IMG/VR virus record: IMGVR_UViG_3300017917_002814
Span: 73,413 to 137,412 of that record
DNA: 64,000 bases
Source: a virus
Direction: 5' to 3' (one strand)
Part shown: positions 45,462-55,337 of the stretch, one piece after another
Layout: the number at the start of each line of letters is the position of its first letter
Position numbering within the stretch: the stretch's first letter is position 1
Translations under genes and position numbers: made by a program
The notes under the pieces: generated by a model
Database searches by the model: none
The model's input: only the letters and a program-made list of their open reading frames with translations
Told to the model about the DNA's origin: nothing

Positions 45462-45943
45462 TACAACTTTGATATTTCGTACATAGTTGTATCAATATCA
45501 ACGTGGTGAATAGCAATACCACCTGCTACTCTCCATTCTTCAATATTGCTTAGTCTGTCGTCAATTAAAATATCCCCTGGGCAACAATGTTGCCATTTGT
45601 CTTTGCTAAACGGTCCAAAATGCACAGGAATACCAGGAAAGTAATTTTGTGCCCATATCAATTTATCATAGAACGCCCATTTGATATCGTTACCTTTGGG
45701 CACTGCTGTCAGGAACAACAAGTTATATCCTTTTGTTGCTGCAATATCTCTACACTCATCTACCAGTCTATCAGCATATGATGTTTTTTTCAATTCGCGA
45801 TAAAGTCTGGGGTTGGCAGCAATTTTTTGCCATTGTTCATCAGGATATATTCCGTTAGGACCCGGTACCGGACCAATAATGTGTTCAGCATACTCGTCGA
45901 AGTCGGCTACAACTCCGTCCATATCTAAATAAAGTGTTTTCAT
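45458..45943 (-). CDS. HAD-family 5'(3')-deoxyribonucleotidase
   Basis: YLDMDGVVADF, LTA, K..W and LIDDR..N..W...GG motifs. Confidence 0.85.
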   Translation of the reverse strand: MKTLYLDMDGVVADFDEYAEHIIGPVPGPNGIYPDEQWQKIAANPRLYRELKKTSYADRLVDECRDIAATKGYNLLFLTAVPKGNDIKWAFYDKLIWAQNYFPGIPVHFGPFSKDKWQHCCPGDILIDDRLSNIEEWRVAGGIAIHHVDIDTTMYEISKLY

Positions 45944-46176
45944 TGATTTTTGATTTTTTGATGCACTGCTTGTAAGTAAACAGTTTGATTGTTTAACTTG
46001 TTTTGTAAACTTCTTACTGTGTCTTTAAGTTGATATATTTCTGACTGCATCAATGACATAGCATTTTGCTGATCTCTAATTTTAACATCGTGTGTCATTA
46101 AATTAGGACGAGGTGGAGCATCGGGATTTACTGCCCGTTTCTTTTTTGCTTTCATTGCTTTAAAGATATTGCTCAT
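45940..46176 (-). CDS. hypothetical coiled-coil protein
   Basis: 78-aa coupled ORF. Confidence 0.7.
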   Translation of the reverse strand: MSNIFKAMKAKKKRAVNPDAPPRPNLMTHDVKIRDQQNAMSLMQSEIYQLKDTVRSLQNKLNNQTVYLQAVHQKIKNQ

Positions 46177-46496
46177 ATATAGTATTTATCGTCAGGAATG
46201 CTGGGAAATTTGATAGCTAATACTTCAGTGTCCTCCAGATAGTGCGCATAGTAATGTTCTCCGGGCTCGCTAACGTAAATATCCCCGGGCCCAAATTCTT
46301 CGCCGTTAATTACCATTCGACCTTGAGTGATCAATTGCACTTCGGTAATAACTTTATGATAATGCGGAGTATCTACATGTCCTGCTTTATTTCCTTGCCA
46401 ACAAACTTCAAAATCCTTGGTGCGTACAATTGCTTCAGGAAAATCTCCGATAAACCATCCCCTTGCACCTGACTCACTCAGCCGGTACTTCTTCAC
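46173..46496 (-). CDS. cupin-domain protein
   Basis: HYH...E.....G and GDI....PGE cupin motifs. Confidence 0.75.
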   Translation of the reverse strand: MKKYRLSESGARGWFIGDFPEAIVRTKDFEVCWQGNKAGHVDTPHYHKVITEVQLITQGRMVINGEEFGPGDIYVSEPGEHYYAHYLEDTEVLAIKFPSIPDDKYYI

Positions 46497-46854
46497 TGAT
46501 TTTTTCCTTGTCTAGATCAGATTGCATTTCATCCAGCATGTGATTAAAATATTCTGGATCAAGCTTGACCATTACTTCTGTAATGTATTTGTGATAACCT
46601 TTAAAAAAGTATTTGAACAATTCATCAAAATTTTTGTTATAATTGAAACTGTTTTGTTCTACAGTTTTGTTAGTCAGATTCATAATGACTTTTGCAGTCA
46701 TTAGGTCCTGGCGACGTAATTTAGTGCTGACCTGTACTTGCTCATCATAACGAATATTGGCAGGATCTTTCATGTAGCCAGGAATATGGGTTTTACGGGG
46801 GTCTCGGGGTTTGGTCAAGTAATTTGCTACAAGATAAATGTTTTGTTTTTTCAT
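46474..46854 (-). CDS. hypothetical protein
   Basis: 126-aa coupled ORF. Confidence 0.7.
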   Translation of the reverse strand: MKKQNIYLVANYLTKPRDPRKTHIPGYMKDPANIRYDEQVQVSTKLRRQDLMTAKVIMNLTNKTVEQNSFNYNKNFDELFKYFFKGYHKYITEVMVKLDPEYFNHMLDEMQSDLDKEKISEEVPAE

Positions 46855-47774
46855 GATATTTGACTAAGTTCTACAAGAGTTGCACTCAAATTGATTTCAG
46901 GATCCGCCACTATTGGATGATTGACCAAACCTTTGCGTATAATTAGAATAGCTTGATCCTGTTGTTCATCAGTAGCTCCCCATAAATCTAAATTGTCATA
47001 CATCCAACGGAAAATTTCTTCCATTTCTTCTGGTGCAGTATGAGTGCAAAGCAAAATTCTACCTTCTTTGATTTTACCGCGTTTGAATAATTCTATGACT
47101 TCTAGTTTATGATCTGCGGATTCCGACCCACTTGATGTTCGTGATATTACCAACTTGCCAGTGACACTGTTAGTCTGAAGTAATTTTAAACAACTACGTA
47201 GATCCGGATATGTTGCTTTAACGTAGCTGTCTAACGTATCAAGATCAAATTCAACACCTTCAGAGATAAGTACGGTGGCAGCTCTACTCGTAAATTCTGT
47301 TTGATCTGTTTTGTCAATTACAATCTGCTGACAACGACTTTTTAGTGGACCAATAATTTTGTGTGCAAGATTGGCAGTGAGAATAAATCTGGCTTGACTT
47401 TGATATGTTTCCATTAGACCACGCAAAATAGCCTGTGCATTATGGCTTAGATAATCTGCTTCATCTAACAGTACAATCTTTAAATCACCAAACGGCATCG
47501 TACTAACAAAACCTTCAATTTTGCTTTTTAAGAAATCAACACCATTATCTCTTGAAGCGTTTACTTGCAAGAAATCGTAAGCATCAATATCTAGGCTGTT
47601 CACAAGAATCTTAGCCAGTGTGGTTTTACCTGTGCCGGCTGGACCTGTAAACAGCAAATGAGGAACGCTTTTTTCGCGAACAAAATGTTCTATTTGTTCA
47701 CGTTGCGTGGGATCAGTGAATACATACCCGTCTACAGTTTGCGGGCGATACTTTTCAGTCCAAAGTTCTTTCAT
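46851..47774 (-). CDS. clamp loader AAA+ subunit (T4 gp44/RFC-like)
   Basis: WTEKYRP, GPAGTGKT, NAS, LDEAD and SRC motifs. Confidence 0.92.
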   Translation of the reverse strand: MKELWTEKYRPQTVDGYVFTDPTQREQIEHFVREKSVPHLLFTGPAGTGKTTLAKILVNSLDIDAYDFLQVNASRDNGVDFLKSKIEGFVSTMPFGDLKIVLLDEADYLSHNAQAILRGLMETYQSQARFILTANLAHKIIGPLKSRCQQIVIDKTDQTEFTSRAATVLISEGVEFDLDTLDSYVKATYPDLRSCLKLLQTNSVTGKLVISRTSSGSESADHKLEVIELFKRGKIKEGRILLCTHTAPEEMEEIFRWMYDNLDLWGATDEQQDQAILIIRKGLVNHPIVADPEINLSATLVELSQIS

Positions 47775-48571
47775 ATATTGTCTTGATGTATGCAAAGAAG
47801 ATCTTCACATCGGTTGTTTAAGGTAGCTATTTCCATGGTTTCGGGATTGTGAGGAATGTACCCTGCATTGTGAATAGCTGAAAATAATTTTTCGCTGTCT
47901 AATTGGCTGTAACCAAAAAACCATTCTGTGAGTAAAACTGGTTTTTGACTAATTAAAAAGTCTTGCATATTCTGTATTATAGCAATATCGTGACCCTCGG
48001 TGTCAATTTTTACAAAACCAATACAATCAATTTCTTCTTGGGTCAAATATTTTTTACAAATATCCATAAATGGCATACCTGTTATTTTGATGGTATTACC
48101 TGTCATTCCTTTTACTCGTGATGCAGTGTCGCTGTCCCATGACTCGTCTAATATACCACCATTAATCATGGCATTATTGTGATCACCAAACACAAGTGCT
48201 TCACTACATTCGTTAGTGACTGCTTCTGTAGCAATAACAAATCTTCCTAAATCTTTATTTGCCTCACAATTTTTTTGTAAGAATGGTAACATATGCGGAT
48301 TGGGTTCGATTGCCAACACTGTGGATTGACAAGCCGCCATCATGGGCAATGCTGTGTCTCCAATGTGTGCTCCTATATCCACACAAGTCATACCTGGACG
48401 AATCCATGTGCCGTAATGATAGTCATTCCAGTAACTAGAAAAAACTTGTTCGAAAGGCGGCATCCTATGCAATGGGTGCTCGAAGTCATACCAAGTACAT
48501 GTTTTATTTTCTAAACCGTAGGCAGCTAATTCCAGTTTTACTGGATCTTTCAATTTGTAATCATTGTTCAT
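47771..48571 (-). CDS. FkbM-family methyltransferase
   Basis: VDIGAHIG, AIEPN and KIDTEG motifs. Confidence 0.85.
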   Translation of the reverse strand: MNNDYKLKDPVKLELAAYGLENKTCTWYDFEHPLHRMPPFEQVFSSYWNDYHYGTWIRPGMTCVDIGAHIGDTALPMMAACQSTVLAIEPNPHMLPFLQKNCEANKDLGRFVIATEAVTNECSEALVFGDHNNAMINGGILDESWDSDTASRVKGMTGNTIKITGMPFMDICKKYLTQEEIDCIGFVKIDTEGHDIAIIQNMQDFLISQKPVLLTEWFFGYSQLDSEKLFSAIHNAGYIPHNPETMEIATLNNRCEDLLCIHQDNI

Positions 48572-48990
48572 TCGTATTGTTCTCTTGTTTTACGTTCTGC
48601 ATGCACAGCGGTTGAAATGGTATCAATATTTTCAGGTTCGTGATCCGACACAAAAATAATTGCTTCAGGATCTGCTCGACGTATTGTGATCTCTTCTCCA
48701 TTTTCAATGATTTTAAGACCTCGGCTCCATCGGCCGTGTTCAACAAGCACCCATTGACCGACACGAACGTCTCGTTGTTCTGGACCAACGGCATACACTC
48801 TAGCCCACCGTGGTCGAATACCGTCTGTTTTACCATCATCTCCTAATAATACTATACCGCTGGACAATTGTCTACCTTCAAATGTCATATCTGTTACAAT
48901 AATACTATTGCGAAGCGGTTTAATTTCACCATCTATTTTGATGCCAAATTGATACCCACGTTTTTGATCAAACGGATTGTCTAATTTCAT
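48568..48990 (-). CDS. groES: GroES-like co-chaperonin
   Basis: IKPL, SSGIVL mobile loop, V.AVGP and V.VG..V motifs. Confidence 0.8.
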   Translation of the reverse strand: MKLDNPFDQKRGYQFGIKIDGEIKPLRNSIIVTDMTFEGRQLSSGIVLLGDDGKTDGIRPRWARVYAVGPEQRDVRVGQWVLVEHGRWSRGLKIIENGEEITIRRADPEAIIFVSDHEPENIDTISTAVHAERKTREQYE

Positions 48991-49002
48991 TTCTTCCTCT
49001 TT

Positions 49003-49407
49003 TTAAATTCTAGTTGGACCTGTTTTTTTAGGTTCTTCTTCTCGTGGGGGCTGTGTTTTTGCTACTGAACTTGCTAGACTGCCTCGCAATGGTCTATTTG
49101 ACTGCGTTTCTTCTTGCAATTTAACTTCTTGTTTAATTTCAGCTGGTTCCACCCAGTCGTCTACTAAATCTTTTTTTGGTGTTTCTCTAGGAGTAGGAAT
49201 ACGGTCTGATGCAACAGGCGTGTTTAATTTATAGTAATCACTCATCACCTTGTCTCTGGTTCTTTCTATTCTTCCCCCGGGCCCAAGCTCGTCACCTCGA
49301 GCGTTTACTTTCATGTTGCCAATTGCAATAGATTCTTCATTTTGTGCAATTACAGCATCAATGTTTATCCTTTTTCCATTGGCAGTGGTGTATACTCGTT
49401 TACTCAT
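49003..49407 (-). CDS. hypothetical phage protein
   Basis: 134 aa with GNMKVNARGD.LG.GG motif; AAGGAG SD and GATAAATA upstream. Confidence 0.8.
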   Translation of the reverse strand: MSKRVYTTANGKRINIDAVIAQNEESIAIGNMKVNARGDELGPGGRIERTRDKVMSDYYKLNTPVASDRIPTPRETPKKDLVDDWVEPAEIKQEVKLQEETQSNRPLRGSLASSVAKTQPPREEEPKKTGPTRI

Positions 49408-49428
49408 TGATATCTCCTTGTGAGTTAT

Positions 49429-49941
49429 TTATCGTAAGAATTCTTCAATATTTAAATCATAATACATGCTGTCTATTCGATGTACTCCGATCAAGTATAA
49501 CACATAACTGGCCACACTTGATCCTCTACCTACACCCCATACAACATTGTTTGTTCGCCATGTGTCAACAATGTATTTTAATTGTTTTAAAAGTGGAAAC
49601 AGTGATCGTTCTTGAAATAGCATCAGTTCGTGTCCAACTCGTTGAAGTTCTTCTTGTGTTTGACACTTATCTAATACCCATTGTGCAATATCCATGTTTA
49701 GATATTCTTCTGGCATATGCCAATTGTTTTGATTATTTTTATCAAACTCTTCGATGTCTATCAGTTCTTGATTATATAATTCAAGTATCGGCAAGTCTGC
49801 ATAAAAATTCTTGACTGCATTATTATACGTAAAAGGATCCACTACTGATATTTTTGAAATATCAATATCTGGATTTTGATATAAAAGTTCACACAGTTCA
49901 GCACTGGTGGCATTTGCTACACCCAACTTGTCATAATTCAT
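49429..49941 (-). CDS. stand-alone DNA polymerase III alpha (DnaE)-like fragment
   Basis: R...EL and G.GRGSS..S.V.Y..G...ID motifs of DnaE; ends before the catalytic PDID motif. Confidence 0.75.
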   Translation of the reverse strand: MNYDKLGVANATSAELCELLYQNPDIDISKISVVDPFTYNNAVKNFYADLPILELYNQELIDIEEFDKNNQNNWHMPEEYLNMDIAQWVLDKCQTQEELQRVGHELMLFQERSLFPLLKQLKYIVDTWRTNNVVWGVGRGSSVASYVLYLIGVHRIDSMYYDLNIEEFLR

Positions 49942-50174
49942 TTGATATCAATTATACCTTTAAACTTGTCACTTTTTTCTTCCATCTCTTGCATGGTTTT
50001 TCTATTGCGTACATCCATTTCATAACGATAATTTTCCAATATCATTTGCATCTGCGGTAATACACTTACTGGCCCAAAACGATGCGCTTGATTGTACTTT
50101 TGCATTAGCTCATTGTACTTTTTGTGTAATTCTTCTGTGGATAAAACTGATAAATCTGAAACCAACGGATGCAT
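49938..50174 (-). CDS. hypothetical helical protein
   Basis: 78-aa coupled ORF. Confidence 0.75.
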   Translation of the reverse strand: MHPLVSDLSVLSTEELHKKYNELMQKYNQAHRFGPVSVLPQMQMILENYRYEMDVRNRKTMQEMEEKSDKFKGIIDIK

Positions 50175-50608
50175 TATAAATCTCCTTGTCTCCGATTTTC
50201 GGACTGTTGCACGTTAAATTCGCCACCTGGGTAACGAGCTTTCAATTTATTTACATTCTCTTGTATAACTTCGTTTGGATCTAAATCCAAGGCTCTACAA
50301 GCATTGATCCAGTACCACATGATATCCCCAAGTTCACGTTTCATGTGAAACACATTTTCCACCGACAACGGTTTACCTTGAAAATATATTTTTTTTGGTA
50401 TTTCACAGAACTCGCCGGTTTCGGCTGCAAGACCCAAAGCTGCTGTGAGCAATAGCGGTACATTTATATCTGGACCGTGAGTTTGACTTTGATTGTCCCA
50501 ATTGCCGTCAAGTTCATCTAACCGGCTCATAAAAGTGGTCAAATCGTTTGACGGTTTGCTGGTAACTGCTGCTACAAATTCTGAATACTTGTTTAAATCT
50601 ACAGTCAT
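50174..50608 (-). CDS. MazG-like NTP pyrophosphohydrolase
   Basis: GL..E.GE..E..KK, RELGD..WY and N..KL..RYP motifs. Confidence 0.88.
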   Translation of the reverse strand: MTVDLNKYSEFVAAVTSKPSNDLTTFMSRLDELDGNWDNQSQTHGPDINVPLLLTAALGLAAETGEFCEIPKKIYFQGKPLSVENVFHMKRELGDIMWYWINACRALDLDPNEVIQENVNKLKARYPGGEFNVQQSENRRQGDL

Positions 50609-50658
50609 AAAAAACTCCTAGTTTGCATAATTATAAACTATGCAAAGCTAGGAGTCAA
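50609..50658 (-). promoter_or_regulatory. long inverted repeat that can act as terminator and SD-sequestering hairpin, with an embedded sigma70 promoter (TTGACT-17-TATAAT)
   Basis: ACTCCTAG(C)TTTGCATA-loop-TATGCAAACTAGGAGT followed by TTTTT-ATG. Confidence 0.7.
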
Positions 50659-50671
50659 TTATTTTAGGTAT

Positions 50672-51817
50672 TTAAACTTTAAACCATCTACCAACTGCGG
50701 CGTTGTACAACAATTTGATAGAAACTGAATTAGTTAAACTCGCTGATGCTGACCAGTTGTTAGCTAGCCCATATACAGAAGTTACGCCCGGAGTCATGTT
50801 GGACACAAAACAACTTGTAATAGCAGTCATTGATGTTATGTCTATTTCTCTACCATTTTCTACAGAATCAGGAAGCGTAATGAATAGGTTGGCTACAGTG
50901 CCAGTTGGTGAACAGTTGGCAATAAACCTATTATAATCAACATTAGCAAATAAATTTTGCCCTGTTACAACATTAGCTAACAGGTAATCAGGATTGATTA
51001 TGCCATTGTTGATAATTAAATTGCCATTTACAAATGCATTACCTGAGATAGCCGCGCCTCCGAGCACAACTAATGCTCCTGTTGTTGCACTGTTTGCTCT
51101 GGTAGTGGCCGGAATCACAACGTTGCTTGTAGTTGAAGATCCTAGTAAAACATTACCTGTTGCAGTAAAATTGCTTATACCGGTTAGATCACCGCTTATT
51201 GTAATGCTGTTACCGTCAAAATCTCTATTTCTAGTAAGGTCTCTAATACCTAATGTGGTACCACCATCTACTGTAAAGATTTCAAAATAATAGTCTGTGC
51301 TATTGGAAATTTCTGCAGAACTAAACGTAATAGTATTACCACTGAATCCTGCTACTGTGTCAGGGTCACCTAGTGTCAATGAATTTGGAAAAGATAGCAC
51401 ATAGGCTGAACTTGGGTTGCTGACCCATAGTTTAATACTTGCGTATTGGTTGCTAGAATTAGCAGGAAAACTAAATGTCAAGGTAGTGGAACCCGACATA
51501 GTAATTTTTTGGAAATTTCCGTTGGTGAAATTGATAGTTACACTACCGCTTACACTGCCGATGTTGTTGTATGTTTCTCTCCAGCTAGTCAATGTTGGGT
51601 TGACTATAGCATTTCCTGCAAAATCGTTACTTAAAGTGGTGTTTAATAATGCACTTTTAAGTACAACTTTGTTTTGTAAATCTTCTAATTCAGCTTTAGT
51701 AAAGGTAAAATTATTGCGAATATTAGTGAAATTATCGCGAAAACCTTGACTGTCATTGTCTTGACCGGCTACAGGATATGTACCGTCAATATTATTTGGA
51801 TTAACTTGGCTTGTCAT
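50672..51817 (-). CDS. baseplate/tail structural protein
   Basis: N-terminal YPVAGQDNDSQGFRDNF coiled-coil anchor; S/T/N-rich beta body; tail-cluster context. Confidence 0.7.
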   Translation of the reverse strand: MTSQVNPNNIDGTYPVAGQDNDSQGFRDNFTNIRNNFTFTKAELEDLQNKVVLKSALLNTTLSNDFAGNAIVNPTLTSWRETYNNIGSVSGSVTINFTNGNFQKITMSGSTTLTFSFPANSSNQYASIKLWVSNPSSAYVLSFPNSLTLGDPDTVAGFSGNTITFSSAEISNSTDYYFEIFTVDGGTTLGIRDLTRNRDFDGNSITISGDLTGISNFTATGNVLLGSSTTSNVVIPATTRANSATTGALVVLGGAAISGNAFVNGNLIINNGIINPDYLLANVVTGQNLFANVDYNRFIANCSPTGTVANLFITLPDSVENGREIDITSMTAITSCFVSNMTPGVTSVYGLANNWSASASLTNSVSIKLLYNAAVGRWFKV

Positions 51818-54800
51818 TTATACAAATACTCCATTTTGTGGGAACTTGATATATTTATCTAGCGATTCAGGAATGATCCAAATATCTTGATTGTTGCTGA
51901 ATGTGGTACCACCAGTAAATGAGTTTCCTGCTGCAAAGCCTTCGCGCATGATACAGGTACCACCATCAAATGTTGTTTCTGCTGTGCGTTCTAGCCCTGT
52001 TGCAAAATCAGCCACATAGTACCTTGGAACAGCTTCGCCTGCTTCTGTTCTATACTGTAACGTACTTTGCCTGTAGGTGTCTCCAGTACGAACTTTTACT
52101 GTTTGATCAATGATGATTTCTTGTCTAAATAACAATGTGACTTCAGCATCATTTCCTTGATCAAAGTGGCTAAAAGACAGTATTTGACTTGCCTCATCAA
52201 AACCCACTTGATCGTCATCTAAGCCTAGCTCTGGAAACTCTTCCCATGTCAATTCCCATATGCCACCTTGCTGATTGATCGTGACAAACCCGCCAGCTTT
52301 GTCTAGATACCCTGGAATAGTGTTGCCTGCACTATTTGTCCATCCATTATTAATTCCGCCATACCCAGTTTGTTTGGCAAATATTATTTTTTCTCCTTCG
52401 ATGAAATTCCCAACTCCATCTACAATTAGTGATGATCTAACTGTCAGTAAGTTTTCTCCGTCGATACTATCAAATGATGTGCTGACTGCATAATCAACAA
52501 ATGCCTCCCCATTAATCCTTATCGCAGCACTTGACGGAGAAGTTATATTACTCGATAATGTAAGTATATTTCCTGCAGTATTCAAATTTGACACAAAAGT
52601 TCCAGTAGGCACATTTAAATTTGCGTCTAGGCTGCTTATTTGCCACCCGTATCCTAATGTGATGTTGTTGGGAATTTGTATGACATTAGAGTTGGTTACA
52701 GAATTAGTAATAATTGTATCAATTACAGCAGACCCAGAGGTCAAAGTTGGATACTTGTCAAAGGTAGTAGGAATACTTGGTTCAAAACGATTCGTTTCTG
52801 TGTCGTAGTATTGTGAAAGGTAATTATCCCACTGATATCTATCTGCTACAAACGGTATTAAATTTATTTCAAAATTACTGTTTTGTAATCTATAAGCAAT
52901 GAGCTTTGACGCACCTGGTTGTGTATATGCCAATACTGCACATCTAATAAGCCCTAACACATTACCATCTTCTTGTACACTGGTCATCCATCTTGGTAAT
53001 GTGCTCTTGTTTGTGTAGCCTATTCCATTTTCTAATCGTTTTTGCATGTTTGGAAAACTATTAGGGTAAATGATATTGTATGACTGATTATGGAATAAAA
53101 AATTATTTGCCAGATTTAAAACAATTTCTAAAGGCGGACCATTTGTATCAAAGGCTTGAGTATCAATTAAATCTACATAGACAACCTCGTAACCAACACT
53201 GCCATCGGAATTGACAGCCCGAGCTGTTTTAATTGCTCCAAAATTAATACTTTTTAAATAATGATTTCTTTCAATACTGCTTACAAAATTTTCGGCTGTT
53301 GAAGGATTTAAACCAGATAAAAACAATGATTTGATACTTCGTTGAACACCAAAATAAAAGTCATCAGGTCTATAAATCAACTCTGGAGGAAAAATTGTTT
53401 TATCTTTTATGATATTGTCCCAGCTTAGTCTTTGACTGTAACTTGGCAATGCTTTTAGATACACATTCTCATAAGGAGCTAGGTTTCTTGGTCTGACTCT
53501 AATTGTGAATGATTTTGTTGAAGTAATAGACCCATCAACCGCATCTGCACGTATAGTAAAACCGCACTGTTGATCAAATGTGGTTTCGTTACCATCAATT
53601 GCTGTAGATATGGCATTACTTGTTGTGCTAACTGATTTTTGTATGGTGTCATTGGAAAATACCAGGATAGTTCCTTGGGTCACATATATAGCCGGACTCA
53701 CTTCTATAGTGTTAGAATCCACAATAGCAGTTAGTTTACATCCAGCAGCAACACCAACTCCTTGCACAGTCATTCCAACAACTAACCCATCAGTTGATGT
53801 TATATTCAACCATGCAGCTTGACCATCTAAACTGAAAAATCTAAATGAAGTTCGGCCAATCATTCTACCACTTGGTAAAAATTTTAGTCCTTGTGGAATT
53901 CGTCTATAAGGAGCATAAATTACTCTATATGATAAATCCTTGCCTAGCGTATTATATGCACTAATTTCAATTTCGCTAACAGCACCATTATCAATGGTGC
54001 CTAGATCAAATGGAGTAGTCCACACTATCTCTTCATTTAAAGTGCGTTTAACAGTGATAGAAAAAGTTACTCCTTCGCTTTCCTGATCAATGTTCAAGGT
54101 TCTAAAGGCATAAACAGTGAACGAATACGTTATAAAATCATCAATCTGATTAGGCAAAGTACCAATAATCCAGCCGGTATCGCTGTTTATACTTAAACCA
54201 GACGGCAATCCGCTAGCACCTTGATCAAATAACAAGCTATCATAACCAGTAGTTGTGCTGATAAATTGTACAAACACCGTATCGGTATTGGATGGAGTCA
54301 ATGACACAAATGACAATTGATCGCCCGCTGTTGTATAATCGGTAGTAGCCGAATATAGTACACCATTTACTTGAACAACAATTCTTGATGCACTTGCTGG
54401 CGCAAAATCCAATGTGTAAGGTCCTGAGGTACCATTACCTGTAAATGTTTGACTTGTGGCAGCGTCAAGCTCGTCCATTCCGCTAAATGCCAACTCATCA
54501 ATTCTCCAGGAGATATCTTCGTCTTCTGGGTCGTAGGCTACAAATTTGTACAAAAATGTGCTGCCTGACACTAGTACAGGAAGAGATTCAGGATTATTTA
54601 AAATTATTGGTGTATAGGTATTATCAGCATCAACTCTAATAAATGTATTGTTGATAACTGTTAAATTATTGTCAGCTGTGTAATTGCCCTTGCTAACAAT
54701 TAATAGTCTTACATTTAAAGTGTCAACTTTAAACTCATCACTTACTTGCACTGTAAAATTATAATATTTGTCAGTACTTAAAGGTAAGGCATCAAATATA

Positions 54801-55336
54801 ACCGATTCATTTGGAGCAGCTTCAAAACCCAACTCACTGATGTTTTCTGCAATTATATCAACAAATCCAAACAACCTACCATCTGACGAAAAGGTAGTAC
54901 CAGGTGGTATAGTACCATCGATGATGCTCCAGGTTTGAACAGCATTTGGATTATCATTTACTGAACTGAATGTATAATCTAAAAAGTTTCCGTCAAACCA
55001 AGCACCAATTAAATCTGGTCTTGGTAGTATCTGTGGTCCGTTTATATTACTGACAGTGAGGCTGAACGATCTATCAGCAACTGCCCCATCTGGATTGGTA
55101 GCTCTAATAGTAAATGTACTAACTGCTGTTTGATTTACAGAACTTAGAATTGTGGGTATTCCCTTTAGCTCACCGGTCCTTGTTACATACATGCCACCCG
55201 GCAATGTTCCACTAATAAAACTGTAAAATAAAGGTTGTTCGTCACTATCAACTGCGTTTAGTTGATAATAGAAAAATATATTTTCAGGAACAGTTCCTAA
55301 GTCACCTCGTGGTGTAATCCATGACACTACACTCAT
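51818..55336 (-). CDS. large baseplate/virion protein with repeated Ig-like domains
   Basis: repeated G.LP.G...G.I.G.P and FT..A motifs; 1172 aa. Confidence 0.75.
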   Translation of the reverse strand: MSVVSWITPRGDLGTVPENIFFYYQLNAVDSDEQPLFYSFISGTLPGGMYVTRTGELKGIPTILSSVNQTAVSTFTIRATNPDGAVADRSFSLTVSNINGPQILPRPDLIGAWFDGNFLDYTFSSVNDNPNAVQTWSIIDGTIPPGTTFSSDGRLFGFVDIIAENISELGFEAAPNESVIFDALPLSTDKYYNFTVQVSDEFKVDTLNVRLLIVSKGNYTADNNLTVINNTFIRVDADNTYTPIILNNPESLPVLVSGSTFLYKFVAYDPEDEDISWRIDELAFSGMDELDAATSQTFTGNGTSGPYTLDFAPASASRIVVQVNGVLYSATTDYTTAGDQLSFVSLTPSNTDTVFVQFISTTTGYDSLLFDQGASGLPSGLSINSDTGWIIGTLPNQIDDFITYSFTVYAFRTLNIDQESEGVTFSITVKRTLNEEIVWTTPFDLGTIDNGAVSEIEISAYNTLGKDLSYRVIYAPYRRIPQGLKFLPSGRMIGRTSFRFFSLDGQAAWLNITSTDGLVVGMTVQGVGVAAGCKLTAIVDSNTIEVSPAIYVTQGTILVFSNDTIQKSVSTTSNAISTAIDGNETTFDQQCGFTIRADAVDGSITSTKSFTIRVRPRNLAPYENVYLKALPSYSQRLSWDNIIKDKTIFPPELIYRPDDFYFGVQRSIKSLFLSGLNPSTAENFVSSIERNHYLKSINFGAIKTARAVNSDGSVGYEVVYVDLIDTQAFDTNGPPLEIVLNLANNFLFHNQSYNIIYPNSFPNMQKRLENGIGYTNKSTLPRWMTSVQEDGNVLGLIRCAVLAYTQPGASKLIAYRLQNSNFEINLIPFVADRYQWDNYLSQYYDTETNRFEPSIPTTFDKYPTLTSGSAVIDTIITNSVTNSNVIQIPNNITLGYGWQISSLDANLNVPTGTFVSNLNTAGNILTLSSNITSPSSAAIRINGEAFVDYAVSTSFDSIDGENLLTVRSSLIVDGVGNFIEGEKIIFAKQTGYGGINNGWTNSAGNTIPGYLDKAGGFVTINQQGGIWELTWEEFPELGLDDDQVGFDEASQILSFSHFDQGNDAEVTLLFRQEIIIDQTVKVRTGDTYRQSTLQYRTEAGEAVPRYYVADFATGLERTAETTFDGGTCIMREGFAAGNSFTGGTTFSNNQDIWIIPESLDKYIKFPQNGVFV

Positions 55337-55337
55337 T

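Noticed and set aside
46851-47774. Archaeal/eukaryotic-virus or cellular origin suggested by the RFC-like loader and PolB
   Set aside because: T4 gp44 shares these motifs; SD sequences, sigma70 and T4-late promoters, spanins, endolysin and gp10-like tail proteins indicate a bacteriophage.
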